Origin: Camelus ferus
Lineage: Eukaryota
NCBI RefSeq assembly: GCF_009834535.1
Contig: NC_045716.1
Coordinates: 19,592,001-19,656,000, forward strand
Direction of reading: 5' to 3'
DNA: 64,000 nucleotides
A model generated the notes under the pieces. That model saw nothing but the letters and a program-made list of their open reading frames with translations. It did not search any database and was not told the DNA's origin. Each line of letters opens with the position of its first letter. The stretch's first letter is position 1. Made by a program: the position numbers and the translations under genes. Shown here piece after piece: positions 51,762 to 64,000 of the stretch.

Positions 51762-52619
51762 GTGAGGTGGGGAGCAACAGAGCCAGTCCAGGGCAAGCTG
51801 CTCTGATCTTCAAGAAGAACATCTAGCCGTTAGTAGGTGGGACGGGAAAAAGATAGGACCTTGCCAGAAAACAGAGGTGTGCCTGTGCCTGGAATAACAT
51901 TCCCAGAGAAGTTTCTTCTTTCTGAATTTATCCCTTGCCACTCCATGGAAATGGAGGTGTGCGTGAGTGTGTCTGTGTGTGTATGTGTGTATGCAAAGGA
52001 ATTAAGTCCACAATGAGATTATTCTTGCACTGTGCAGTACCTGGAGTTCTCAAGTTTCTGAAGCACTCTTTCTTCATGAGGAAGAACCTGAATAAAGTAG
52101 CAAAGAATATAAAATAATGGTGAGCTTTCATAATACACATGAAATCATTAAACTGAATCTTTCCACGTGTGGGGGAAGGGAAAAAGAGGCAGATTTACCT
52201 TCACTTACTTACAAAAATGCTTGAATAAGTGTTTAATATCTGAGCAGATAAGCGCTCATTGTGTGAATAAACAATCCCTAGCATATGTAAGAACTGGGAA
52301 GTCAGTCTGATTTTATATGCACATGAAGGAACTAGAAACTCCAACAGTTGGCTATTAGAATTTCCATTTAAGGGTTCATTATCACTGCAGCTCTATAATG
52401 GGAATGATATTTCTGTGTTAACAGAACCAAGATTTCAGGATGAATGGATCCTAGAGTAGGGAAAAATAACTTATTTCTCAATTTTTTTCCAGGACACATT
52501 TCCACCAGTCCCTAAATTCTTTCCCTCTACCATCTTTTTCTCATTGTGGAGATTTTTCAGTTATCTCTTACCACCTACCAAACTACCACAAAAATTAAGA
52601 CAACAGATGTCTTGTGTTT

Positions 52620-52960
52620 TTCATGATTCAGTGAGTTAGATTCACTGATTCATGATTTAGTGATTCAGCTGCTCACCTGGGCTGTTCTCCTGACCCTACC
52701 TGGTATTCTTAAGTGGCTGCAGTTATCCGGTGGCTCAGTTGGGGTGGAAGATCTAGAATGACTTTGCCCCCACGTCCGGGGTTTTGGCAAAGACAATGAA
52801 GGCTTCCTCCGTACGATCTCTCATCTTTCAGTCAATCATGCTTTCTTATGTGTTACTATTCCAAGAAGGTAAGAGCAGAAGCTGAAAGGCCTTTCGGGGC
52901 CTGGGTACTGGAGCTCAGAGAATATCATTTCTACTCATAAGCAAGGAAGGAGAAGTGGAC
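52620..52960. mobile_element. MaLR (MLT1-type) LTR fragment in SPTA1 intron 5
   Basis: ccaagaaggtaagagcagaagctgaaaggcc...ggagctcagagaatatcatttctactc; recognised from memory. Confidence 0.45.
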
Positions 52961-53613
52961 AATTTTGTCTGAACAGGCTTCAAAATGGGAATAAACAGGG
53001 GATGGGGGGATTAGGGAGACATGGGCTTTGGGGAACTACTCAGAATTGCCAAGTATCAAAATGGGCTGGTGCTGCTAGCTTAATCTAATATTTGTAAACT
53101 TCATTGCTTTGGACAGTTAGAAAAATTGTATGAAATTTTCTGCAAAATTAAATTTATCTGTGTGTATGTATAATTCTGGGAAGAGGGAAATAGCTCTCAT
53201 AAGAATATCGAAAGTGTCAGGACCCCCAAAGTGCTAAGAATCACACTATTGAAGTTTTGAAGAATGTAGCCATATTTTGCAAAGGGAATTTCCTCTCCTT
53301 TTCCTTGGTTTCCGGGATTTCTCAAGGGTATTGAGCAGGCGTCAACGTGGTGGAGTTCTGAACATAACGTGTTTGGGCAACCTGTGTTCATAGGCTAGTC
53401 CATTGCTGTGGGTAAAAGATAGACTATCTGGCAGGTTTTTTTCCCCCTAGATTTGGGTAATGTGGATCAAGTAAGAGTCAGGGAGCAGAGCTAAGTGAAG
53501 TGTAGTATCTGGCTAAGTGGCTGTTCTCCACTTCTGGGAAAATATGAACCAGTATGAAACAAGAAATGTTTAAATGATTTTTGCCGAAGTCCAGCACTGG
53601 TTTCCTCCCACAG

Positions 53614-53747
53614 GAAAAGCATCCTGAGCTGCCCTCAATTCAGTCAAAGCAGAATGAAGTGAATACAGCCTGGGAGCATCTCCAGAGTCTGGTTCTCCAG
53701 CGACAGGAAACACTGTCCAGGGCTGCAGACCTCTACCGATTCAAAAG
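53614..53747 (+). CDS. SPTA1: SPTA1 exon 6
   Basis: 134 nt, AG/GT bounded; [44 protein letters not shown](R). Confidence 0.93.
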
Positions 53748-54297
53748 GTAGGAGTCTGCCCACTGAATTACAGGAAACTCCGCAGTAGCACCATGTTTGT
53801 TATTTGTGTTAGCCTCTGCCTGCCCTTAGCAGTTAGTGACCAGTACCTCAAACCAAAGAAAATCATGTGCTCACCTTAGAGACAACAAGGGAGAGAGTAG
53901 TTATGAGAATTGTGACCCACTCCCTAGCCAAGTTTGTGTCCAATGTCACGTAAGGCAATAAAAATGGCACCGGTGAGTTAGCGAAGGAAGCTCTGCAGGG
54001 GCGAGGAAAGCAGATTAAGAACTGGAAGAGGGAGGAAGGTGATGCTGAGAGGGACGTTCGTAAGAGCTGACTCCAATGTGAGAAGTGTATCTGGAGGCTC
54101 AGTTGTCAGGATGCCCAGGTCTCTACATCTCAATGAAAATCGTTCAAAGCAAGAACTCTTTACTTTACTTTCTCGCTAGAGCGTGGGATGGTAGGGTAAC
54201 TGCTGGCTGGGCGAACTAGGGTGGTCTTTGCTGTGTGCTCTTTGCCCTGGAATACCCGCCTTCTTCCTTCGTTGGAGTTCATGTGGATGTCTGGCAG

Positions 54298-54442
54298 GGA
54301 TGTGACCGAAATCATCCAGTGGATTACGGAGAAGGAGCCTCAGCTCACCTCTGAGGATTATGGCGAAAACCTTGCTAGCTCTGAGGCGCTGTTGCACAGT
54401 CACAAAGGGCTTGAGGGGAACCTTAAAGGCATGCATGACAAG
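54298..54442 (+). CDS. SPTA1: SPTA1 exon 7
   Basis: 145 nt, AG/GT bounded; [48 protein letters not shown]. Confidence 0.93.
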
Positions 54443-54839
54443 GTAAGCCTGTTGAAGCAACGGCTAACCTCTTGAGCTAGAAGAGTCATTTGGTGTTCAA
54501 ATTCTGTGGCCCTTGAATATATCTCCCCTTATAACTTGTATGTGAATATTGATATCCCTTAATTTTACCTAAATTGTTTTAATTTAAATATATGTATATG
54601 TTTTATGTAGCCTCATGCTTTTTGTAATATATTAAAAAAAAAAAAGATAGCTTCAAGAATGGTTTCCTAATCTTACTCAGTAGCCTGTGGCCAGAGAGTC
54701 TTTTCATTTATCTAACCATGCTTTCTGCTGTTGTGGCTGAATCTTTCTTTTCTTTTTGCTCTTTATGTATTTATTGCAAGTCTTGTTCAAAGGAGAGGTT
54801 GAAACAGTAACTTCTTATTCAATCTTTTTTTCTATTTAA

Positions 54840-55420
54840 TAATTTTTTGAAACAATAAAAATTTACAAAAAAAAAAGTGGAAAGATGCTACAAAGAATGG
54901 TGTGCGGATACATGTTCAACAGTTGGTTCTCCAGGGCAAAAAAGGTCTGAATTGTAACATTTGTTAATTTCTGTGGTATAAATACTCCCATCACAGTCAA
55001 TTTCAAGATGTTACTGAATGCAGAGTTGGACAGATATAAGCACAATGAACTCCGTCACACCACTCACAGCTTTTTTTCCTGAACCATTTGAGAATAAATT
55101 GCCAGTCTGATGCACCACCCTCAAATACTAAGTATGTATTTCCCATAAATGCAGACATGTCCTCATATAACCACATTAAAACCATAAAAGTCAGGAAATG
55201 AACATCTAATCCAGAGACCCCATGCAAATTTCACCAACTGTCCCAACAGTGACGTTTGTACCAAAAAAGATCCAATTCAGAATCACAAGTTGCATTTAGA
55301 TATCAAGTCTCTTTAGACTCCTTAAACCTGGAAAAGTTCCTCAGTTTTTCCTTGATTTTAATGATCTTGACATTTTTAAAGATTACAGGCCATTTATTTT
55401 TTAGAATATCCTTTGGTATG
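54840..55420 (-). mobile_element. Old L1M 3' fragment (antisense) in SPTA1 intron 7, possibly with a nested element
   Basis: tcaccaactgtcccaaca...ttgcatttag...gttcctcagtttttccttg...ttacaggcc resembles an L1M 3'UTR; recognised from memory. Confidence 0.5.
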
Positions 55421-56129
55421 GATTTGACTGATTGAGTCTTGTTTCTTTTTGTCCTTCACTCAGTAGAAAAGGAAAGACTTTTCTTCTTTCCCCTTTTTAA
55501 TAAACTCAGACACTTAAAGCACATTATTAAACCCACCTTTGAGTTTTCTTCTGGGAGCTGGAAAATCGCAGTTTCTATCCCTATGGTAGACATAGGCATA
55601 CTAGAACTTTGAGCAAGCCTGTGTTTTTGAACGACTCCCGCCCTTACTTCTTCCCCTCACAACTTGACCCATAACTTAAACCAGTCACTCCTGCATATGC
55701 AGCGGAGTCAGCCCACAGGGAGATTCCCACTTGCTCGGCTGTAATCATCACTCTGCCCCTGTGTCAACTTTCTGAAAACTGCCTCACCATTCTGCTTCTT
55801 TTGTTCTTGCTTATTTTTTGCCCTTGGTCTTTTTTTTTTTTTCCCTAATAATGAATAATAAAATATCATGATTTGATGAATAATGATAATAAAATGTCAA
55901 ATCCTAGATAATATCTAATTATAGTTGAGTACGACTGAAAGACTAACAACAGCATGTGGAATTTGCCCCAGGAACCCCACTCCTCAGGAATTGTGCTCAG
56001 AATGATCTGGCATTACTGGAGTTGTCCTGGCAGAAATTTTCCTGAGCAGAAATGTCTTTCTGATTCCCACAACCATATTTATGGAAATAGTATAGAGCGT
56101 AATGAAGGACAGGTGATGTCTAAACCTGG

Positions 56130-56320
56130 CTTCTGACCATGTCTAGCTGAGTGACCTTGAGCAAATAAAACATTCTACCTCTCAGTTTTCTCATAAAAGG
56201 GGAATGAGAATAGTTTCTGCCTCCTAGTAATATTAAAAGAAGAGTATAAAACAAGAAAATTCGTGTGACATGCTTAGCACAATGAGAGACAAAAAGTGGT
56301 CAGTAATTATTGTTAATATT
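56130..56320 (+). mobile_element. MIR SINE in SPTA1 intron 7
   Basis: ctagctgagtgaccttgagcaaa...cctctcagttttctcataaaagggga...atgcttagcacaat. Confidence 0.65.
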
Positions 56321-56605
56321 GTTACATGAATATGTTAATATAAATAGATCAACATAAATGCACTAATAAATTATTCTTATTCACATGATTATTTTGTTAC
56401 ATCGCTCCCATAAAACTTTGTTGGGAAGACCAGAGTGGGCCTGGATTTCCCACTAGGTTTTTTTTTTTTTCTTTTTTCTTCTTAAATTATAGAAATTGCC
56501 GGTGTACAGCATTATAATTAGACATCTGTGCATACAACAAAGTTGCCACTCGTCACCAGCCAGTTAACCCACCTTCATCCACTAGGTTTCTTTTTCATCC
56601 CAAAG

Positions 56606-56760
56606 GTGGAGAAGTTACGTGAGAAAGCAGACAGCCTGAAGCTTTCCCATCCTTCAGATGCAGCTCAGATCCAGCAGATAAAAGAGGATCTGGTCTCCAA
56701 CTGGGAGCACTTCTGCACCTTGGCTGCCAGCAGATATGAAAAGCTACAGGCTTCTTATCG
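56606..56760 (+). CDS. SPTA1: SPTA1 exon 8
   Basis: 155 nt, AG/GT bounded; [51 protein letters not shown](R). Confidence 0.93.
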
Positions 56761-57272
56761 GTGAGAAACCCTTCTTCTCTCTTGCTTTATCGCTCTCTAT
56801 GGGATTCAGGAATAATATCGAAAGCAGAGGTAAGAGGGAAAGGAGTAAGATAATGAGTGAGCCGGCCCTCCTCCCTGCTCAGCAGAGGCAAGAGAAGTTT
56901 TAATTTGCCAGCAGAAGTCCTTTGCAGGCTGATATAACACTCAGCATGACGCCGTCTTTCGCCTGTACTGTTTCTGTCTTCCTCTATTTGTATAGTTGTA
57001 GGAAGCTACGAAGTGGCCCACAGAGCTGAAAAGTAGCTGAAGAAACATGTCAAAATCCTGGCCCTGGCTAAGGAACTGGAATTAGTTTCCAAGTTGAAGT
57101 GCATAAAATAAATCTAGAATTATTTCCTGAATGTAGGTTAGCTTACAAAAAGGACTTGAGCATCAATTCCGCAATTGATTTTTCTGATATTCAATCACCA
57201 GAAAATAGTATTTACCTTCTTGTTATGATTTAAAATCAAATGGTGAGCTTCTAATTTTTTCAAATAGGTAAC

Positions 57273-57277
<5 letters not shown>

Positions 57278-57314
<37 letters not shown>
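57278..57314. repeat. (TG)n microsatellite in SPTA1 intron 8
   Basis: About 18 uninterrupted TG units. Confidence 0.95.
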
Positions 57315-57317
<3 letters not shown>

Positions 57318-57736
57318 GTTTGTTTGTTTTTTTACTGCTGTGGTTAAGGGTGAGCTAATATACACAAGCTCTCCTAACCCTAACGCTAGTCGCTCCTTCT
57401 CACAAGGTGTCTCCTGTTCTTCATGTTGTGTGCTTCTTTATTGGCTTCCTTGGGAGTACTTTACTCCACTTGGGGCAGGTCTGACTTTGTGATTTTGGAG
57501 AGGTAATGCCCAAGTGCCTTATCCCACAATGACACATCTACCCTGGGAGTATTCAACCTGGCGTGAAGGACTCACAGCCTGCAGCCCTAAAGGAACAGGA
57601 AGCACATCAGAGGAAGGGGAGGTGGAGGGTTAGAGCTAGAAGCATGTTGCACATCTTAGCCCAACCCAAGCTCTTTGTTCAAAGTCCATTTGCACCTGGT
57701 TTCTCCTTCTAGCCTTTTCCCTTATCTTTTCCACAG

Positions 57737-57872
57737 GTACCAGCGGTTCTTATCCGACTATGATGAGCTCTTACGCTGGATGAAGGAGAAGATTGCTCTG
57801 ATCAGTGCCGATGAGCTGCCCATAGATGTCACGGGTGCAGAAGCCCTGCTGGACAAGCACCAGCAACATAAG
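57737..57872 (+). CDS. SPTA1: SPTA1 exon 9
   Basis: 136 nt, AG/GT bounded; [45 protein letters not shown]. Confidence 0.93.
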
Positions 57873-57953
57873 GTTAGAGAGGGACGAGGGAGGTGCCAAG
57901 ACTGCCACAAAGTTTCTAGCTGCACTTTAAGACATTTTGTCTTGTGGCCACAG

Positions 57954-58055
57954 AATAACATTGACTCTTACCATAACCGACGTCAGTTGGTTGATGAGAC
58001 TGGAAAAGCCCTGCTGGATGCCCATCATGAAGCCTCTGATGAAATTCGGGAAAAG
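57954..58055 (+). CDS. SPTA1: SPTA1 exon 10
   Basis: 102 nt, AG/GT bounded; [34 protein letters not shown]. Confidence 0.92.
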
Positions 58056-59495
58056 GTAATCTCGTTTAACAGTCTGTGAAATTTCTCTATTTATTTAGCC
58101 TTCACTTAATCTCATACTAATATGATCATCTCTGAATGGGAAGAGGATAGAAGGCTTATTAACATCTTAATATGGGCCCAAATTTCACACTGCTTCCTTC
58201 ACATGTTGCTTTAGCAGAACTGAGCCAATTGAAAAACCATTCTTCACCGCTGAGACTTTACTTCACCAACCTAATTTCATCAACCTACCTTCTCCCTAAT
58301 TTGAAACCTGCATCCCATCTTGCCTTGTCGCATGTGCTCTGTTGTATCCCTTTCACACGCTCATCCCCAGGTTGTGAATTCTTTGAGGACTGTAGCCATC
58401 TTGGATTCTTTAAGGTACCTAGCATGGTGCCTAACATATGGCTATCTTTCTTCTCTCTTCTATACTGCCTCAAATCAAACTGATTTTCCTATATCTGTTT
58501 CTCCATCTATATTAAACAACAGGAGAGCTTTAAACACTCAGAATTACACTGAATGAAGAAGCAGGTTTGACATCGTCCTAACCGCTTGGATCCCAGGGGC
58601 TCACTTCAACCCCCTGACCCCTGAGAAATTTTGCTTCAGTCACAGACACCACAGACAGGAATTCGTTGGAATGGTAACTGAAATAAGATTTGCAGGCTCT
58701 TTGCATCTCATTAGATTCCAAGCACAGTCCCCAGTGCTATATGGCGAAGGTTGAGATGACCATATTTTGAATTTGCCAAAAACTCTATGGGAACATTATA
58801 ATATGGATTTTTATTTTTAACAATTTTATGCCAAAAGAATAGCAGGACCCAAATCCTTGGAAGCTTACCTATTATCCTGGGATGCTGATAATTTGTGCTT
58901 TTTTGGATAAAGTTAACACAGCAACTGTTTTGATAAGCTGGAGTTTCTTGGGCAAATTCTTGGGCAGAAACAAAGGTTTTTAAGTTTCAGAATGTCACTT
59001 TTCTCTTTCCTCATCTGCTTTTGGAGTAGAGTGCAAACTTCTCAATCTGATAATTTAAGTGCTCTATGAACTTGAATTTCATGAAACGTCTACCATTTTC
59101 AGACACCGCCCTTTTCTCCGGAGCACGTTGCATGATCTAATGATTACTTGGAGGAATTACTTGCTTGTGAAGTTATGTCCTCCTACAATCTTGATTCCTC
59201 ACTGCCCTGCTCTTTGAATCTCTGTTTGATACAATACTTTCCACACTTCTACTCCCTGGTTCATCAAATCAGAATTAATCTTTTCTTCTTTATTTATACA
59301 TATCAAGTGTGTTGTACTTCTGTTACAGTATTTATCTCGTTTGACCTATACTACAGTTACTCACTTAGATGATAGAGCCTTAGGAGAAAAGCCTGTTGCC
59401 TATTCATTTTTGGATCCTTCAAGAGGCTTTGCATGTATTAGATGCTCAGTAAATGTAGGATAAAATAAATGAAGTATCTTCCGGTACATTCTTTC

Positions 59496-59875
59496 TCTTT
59501 TTAGAATTGAAGTATAGCTGATTTACAATATTGTGTTGCTTTCTGCTGCAGAACATAGTGATTCAGTTACATATACATATATACATATATTGTTTTTCAT
59601 TATAGGTTATTATAAGCTATTGAATATAGTGCTATACAGTAGGACCTTGTTGTTTGCAGATTTTATATATAGTAGTTTGTGTCTGCTAATCCCAAACTCC
59701 CAGTTTAGCCCTCTCCACCTTTCCCCCTTTCCCCTTTGGTAGCCATAAGTTTGTTTTCTACATCTGTGAGTCTCTTTCTGTTTTGTAAATAAGTTCACTT
59801 GTGTCATTGTTTTTAGATTCCACTTATAAGTGGTATCATACCATTTGTGTCTTTGTCTGACTTACATCACTTAGT
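59496..59875 (-). mobile_element. 5'-truncated L1 3' end (antisense) in SPTA1 intron 10, abutting the exon 11 acceptor
   Basis: tttttagaattgaagtatagctgatttacaat...tctgacttacatcacttagt. Flanking duplication cYggtacatt.t.tc at 59481-59495 and 59876-59890. Confidence 0.85.
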
Positions 59876-59903
59876 CTGGTACATTATCTCCTCCTTTCAA
59901 AAG

Positions 59904-60041
59904 ATGGCAACACTCGACCACACCTGGTCCACCCTGCTGGAACTGTGGGACAGGCGTCAGAATCAGTACGAGCAGTGCTTGGAGCTGCACATCTTCTACC
60001 GTGACAGTGAGCAAGTGGACAGCTGGATGAGTAGACAGGAG
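59904..60041 (+). CDS. SPTA1: SPTA1 exon 11
   Basis: 138 nt, AG/GT bounded; [46 protein letters not shown]. Confidence 0.93.
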
Positions 60042-60645
60042 GTAACAAGGGGTGGGGGGCTCAGCAAGTGTCTGGAAGCCACTTGTCCCACTCCTCATTT
60101 ACTACTGTCAGCACCTTCACAACCCCTTCTGTTCACCTGGGAATGGAGGGTGAGCCTCAAGAAGGAGAAAAGATTGGCACTGTCTATGAGGCTCTTGCAA
60201 TTCCCTCATGGACAAATGCACAGAAAAATACCTGAATACAAAGCAGAGAAGTTTGAAGCCCAAATGAACATGAGACAAAAATGAATATCCAATTGTCAAG
60301 GGGTCAGGAAGAGAAAATGGGATGAGTGAGGCAGGGTTAACCAGAGATTTCCTGGAGGAGATGAGTGAGTGGTCCTCTTGAGGCAGCTTTGTGATCTCAG
60401 AATAGTGTCTAGATGGGCTGGGACAGACACAGAGACAAAGGTGATGAAGTTGTGTAGAGGATTGGGAAGGGAGTCTGGAGCTCCTGCTGTTTAAGTTAGT
60501 CTCTACCCCCTCTCCTCCTCTGTGCTAATTCCCACCTTGCCTCCATCCCCTCACCTCCTTCCTCACTCCTTTCTCAGAAGTATTCCAAAGGGAATGTTTC
60601 TTACCAATGAGGCACAGCTAAGATGTAGCTTTCTGTCTACTATAG

Positions 60646-60756
60646 GCCTTCCTGAAAAATGAGGACCTGGGAGACTCCCTGGGCAGCGTAAAAGCCCTTC
60701 TTCAGAGCCACGGTGACTTTGAGGAAGCCTTTACCGCCCAGGAGGAGAAGATCACA
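60646..60756 (+). CDS. SPTA1: SPTA1 exon 12
   Basis: 111 nt, AG/GT bounded; [37 protein letters not shown]. Confidence 0.93.
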
Positions 60757-62055
60757 GTAAGCAATGGGCCCTGGTTCGGGCTCAGGCTTCATGTTTGTGT
60801 ATATCATCCCATACAACGCCAATCTTCAAAACCACTCATAACTGTCAGACGGAATATGAAGGTTGTTCTTAAAAGAGAAAATACCCAGAAAAATAATCAT
60901 ACCCATTTTTATCAACACATTTCTCACCCTGCAAAGCAAATTTAGAAAGTTTTTAAAGATTTCAAGTCATTTATATTTCTGATGAAGTGCACGATTGTCT
61001 TCTTTTTTCTGCAGTATAAGGAGAGACGATTGGATCCATGTCCAACATAGAATCATCACTTAAAAGTTTGAAATGTATTATTTACTTTTTGAGTTTTTCT
61101 CCTCTCCAGTAATATCGCCCTTTAGTTTTCTGGATTCGTATCTAGATATCTAAGTAGTATCTATTTCTCCCTGTGTCTTTTCATCTATGTGTTTCTCATT
61201 TAATGCTACTATGGTTTTTCTATGAACTTTAAGTTACAATGTCACAGAAACTGGTCAGTATATAAGCAAGAAGTATGAGGACTGGACTTTATTTGCCCAA
61301 TATATTGTATATCCTTGGCCATCTCCTAGGATGGGGCTGGTTTTAAATGCACACACGTGTATTTATACCACAACCACCACCACCACCAACAGTAACAACA
61401 AAATTCCAAGTCTTCTCTGTTAATCTTCAGTCAGTATGGCACGTAATATGGTCCCTTACAAATCCATATGCTTATTCTGTTGGTTCTCATTGGTAAAATC
61501 TAACAGCATGAAGTAAATTAGGATTTGTAAAAGGCTATCATTTATTTCAGGTCATTTTCCTATTCTCAATCAATTAATCCATCCTGGGCTCTAGCGATTT
61601 TGGGAGTTCATGAATGAATTATGAGTAAAAATTCACATCTGTGATTTCTCACTTCATTCCTCATGTAGTTAGAGATTAGATGTAGATATAAGTTTATATG
61701 ACAGACTATGGATGGATAGATAGATAGACAAATAGAGCCTGGACATGGCTATATCAATAGTAATTCCTCTTAAAAATTAAAGAATAGGTCAGATATTCAC
61801 TTGGTAGTGACATCAGCATTCGCTGACTGTAACCTAGATTTATAAAACATTGTGGCATAGAGAGGGTAATTAACTTGCCTGAAATATACATTTTGAAATG
61901 TAATTTATAAAATAAATCAGAAGTGGGACCTAGGTCTGACTTTGGAACTTGTCTTTTCCCCACATTGTCATGTTTCCTCTTTAAACTAGTCAAACTGTGG
62001 CCACTTACTCATGACCACTGAGGGGAAAGCACTCCTTTTTTTTTTTTTTCCCCAG

Positions 62056-62133
62056 ACCTTAGACAAGACTGCAACCAAACTGATTGACAACAACCACTAT
62101 GATTCAGAGAACATCGCTGCTATCCGGGATAAG
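62056..62133 (+). CDS. SPTA1: SPTA1 exon 13
   Basis: 78 nt, AG/GT bounded; TLDKTATKLIDNNHYDSENIAAIRDK. Confidence 0.93.
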
Positions 62134-62279
62134 GTATTTTCAAGGTCCCAGATGTGCCTCCACCTGCCTGTGCACTGGGGTCAGGGGAGGTGTTGGAGCG
62201 TGATGACTGTGGTGGGCGGTGAATCTCATGTATCCATGTTTGATTTTGCTGACAGTGAGTCTGTGTATGGTTTTTGCAG

Positions 62280-62438
62280 CTGTTGGCCCGACAGCGTGCT
62301 TTACGTGAAAGGGCTGCCACTCGACGCAAGTTGCTGGAAAATTCATTGCTTCTGCAGAAACTGTTTCGGGACATAGATGACCTAAAGAACTGGATCAACA
62401 AGAAGAAAAAACTGGCAGATGATGATAAAGATTGCAAG
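62280..62438 (+). CDS. SPTA1: SPTA1 exon 14 (one codon longer than human)
   Basis: 159 nt, AG/GT bounded; [53 protein letters not shown]. Confidence 0.93.
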
Positions 62439-63803
62439 GTAGGCAGGATTTGCAGACCCTGGACACACCCTTTGGGACTGAATTTCATGGAATTAGAGTC
62501 TTGGAACTGGAAGGACAGTGACGTTCAGCTGGCAAACCTCACTTTGTAGATGAGAAGACAGAGTCTCAGAGCAGGGCAATGACTCCTCCAGGACTATATA
62601 TCTAGCGAAGAATCTAGTTTCCAGTTTTCCTGTACCCTGTTGCCCATCACCCCTTTTCTCTGGCACAATTTCCAGTGGTCCTGAACAGAATGGGGGAAAG
62701 GAGGAACTGCTCCTTATTTAGTTGCTTATGCCCCCTTCTGCTTCCCTCTCCACCCTTAACAGTAGGAAAATATTGGGTCTAATCATAATGTACATTCAAG
62801 CTATTTGGAACTCAAAAGTAATCCAAGGTTTTGGTATAACGTAGACTGACACAGTTTTGTAGCTGGAGAGGAACACGTTTTTATTTTATAGATGGGGAAA
62901 CCAGGGATCTGAACTGTGAAGTGAGTTGCCCAAGGTCGGCCAAGTATTTAGGAAGCAGGTTAACCTAAGGGTTAGAAGCATGAATTCTTTCTGGAGAAGG
63001 TAAAAACTGGGCTTAAATTCTCTCCCTGTCCTGTTTTAGTTTGTGTGACGTTGAAAAATTCCAGAATTATCTCTGAGCCATAGGTTTCTTTGCCTTGGGG
63101 TTGTGTAAAACACGTATCTTTCACTCACAAAATAAACTATGATACATGCACACACACCTACAGACTCACAAATTTTCACATTTACAGTCAGGGCTAGAAT
63201 TAGTCTCTTGATTTCTAGGCCAATATCTATTCCCAGTACTCACCTTTCTAGACATAATTTAGTCTTAAATGTATACCTCTGATCCTTTTGTTCTTACGTT
63301 TTTATAGAACTTTGAGCATCTTACCAATGCCTTTCACTCTGTAAAACTCAGCATTACATGCTTGTGTTGTCTAGAGGAGTTATGGTTCCAGTGTATGTAG
63401 GGTAAACAGATCTTCTCTATATGGGGCAGAAGGATGGATGCTTCGTATACTAGGATAGGAATGAAAGGTAATCTTCATCCTTTATGACAGCTCTGATTGG
63501 TTATTAATGCTTGCATGGAGTGTCATATTTTAAATGATCTTCCGACCATACCCAGACTCAGTAGAAACAAATTCAGGGATTGATTAGCCATGTCTGCCAC
63601 TTGTGTGGAAGGAGGGATTGGTTGCATAGTCTCCTAAACATCCTCTGGCTCTATGCTTGGACTAGGACAGTCCTCCCTTACATCCTCTTCGCAGTTCAGT
63701 TAGATTTGTGGTGAAAAGAAATCCTCGTCCTCAAAATGTACGCCCCTTTATTCGTCAAGTAATGGTTTGTTTTGTTTTGTTCTGTTTTTCCATTTTGTCT
63801 CAG

Positions 63804-64000
63804 GATATACAGACCTTGAGGATCCAGGTTCAAAAGCAGCAAGTCTTTGAAGAGGAATTGGTAGCTAAGAAGATCCTGCTCAATGATCTAAAGAAAACTG
63901 GTCAGGAGATGATTGAGAGCAATCACTATGCCTCTGAAAGTGCGGCTGCTCGTCTGAGGGAGGTTGACAGACTCTGGAAGGAGTTGCTGGAGGCTACAGA
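63804..64000 (+). CDS. SPTA1: SPTA1 exon 15 (truncated by window end)
   Basis: cag acceptor ends at 63803; [65 protein letters not shown]. Confidence 0.93.

Noticed and set aside
59847-60284. 145-aa ORF as a separate gene
   Set aside because: It is SPTA1 exon 11 read through flanking intron sequence; ORFs 47461, 54221, 56528, 57675, 62011 and 62274 are the same kind of read-through.
46231-64000. SPTA1 as a pseudogene or duplicated paralog, given the lost ATG and high divergence
   Set aside because: Exons 2-15 keep the frame, expected lengths and phases, and GT-AG ends. A strong alternative ATG and the erythroid promoter are present, and synteny with OR6K2 indicates the ortholog.

Overview
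Mammalian genomic DNA, most likely from a camelid (alpaca/llama/camel lineage), as shown by two tRNA-derived Vic-1-type SINEs. The window is syntenic with human 1q23.1 in reverse orientation. It holds five single-exon olfactory receptor genes on the + strand (OR6N2, OR6N1, two OR6K3-like genes, OR6K2), followed by the erythroid promoter and exons 1-15 of erythroid alpha-spectrin (SPTA1), which is cut by the window end. The rest is L1, L2, MIR, LTR and microsatellite sequence plus three N-runs. I saw no prokaryotic features, CRISPR arrays or RNA genes. The most interesting signal is SPTA1. All exons keep the reading frame and GT-AG boundaries, but the ancestral exon-1 ATG reads GTG, so the first ATG is in exon 2. 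The alpha0/alpha1 tetramerisation segment carries substitutions at positions known from human hereditary elliptocytosis (R41, G46). Repeats 1-2 are strongly diverged and include a one-codon deletion. Camelids naturally have elliptical red cells, so this is a candidate structural contributor. All human/mouse comparisons use sequences recalled from memory and must be confirmed by alignment.
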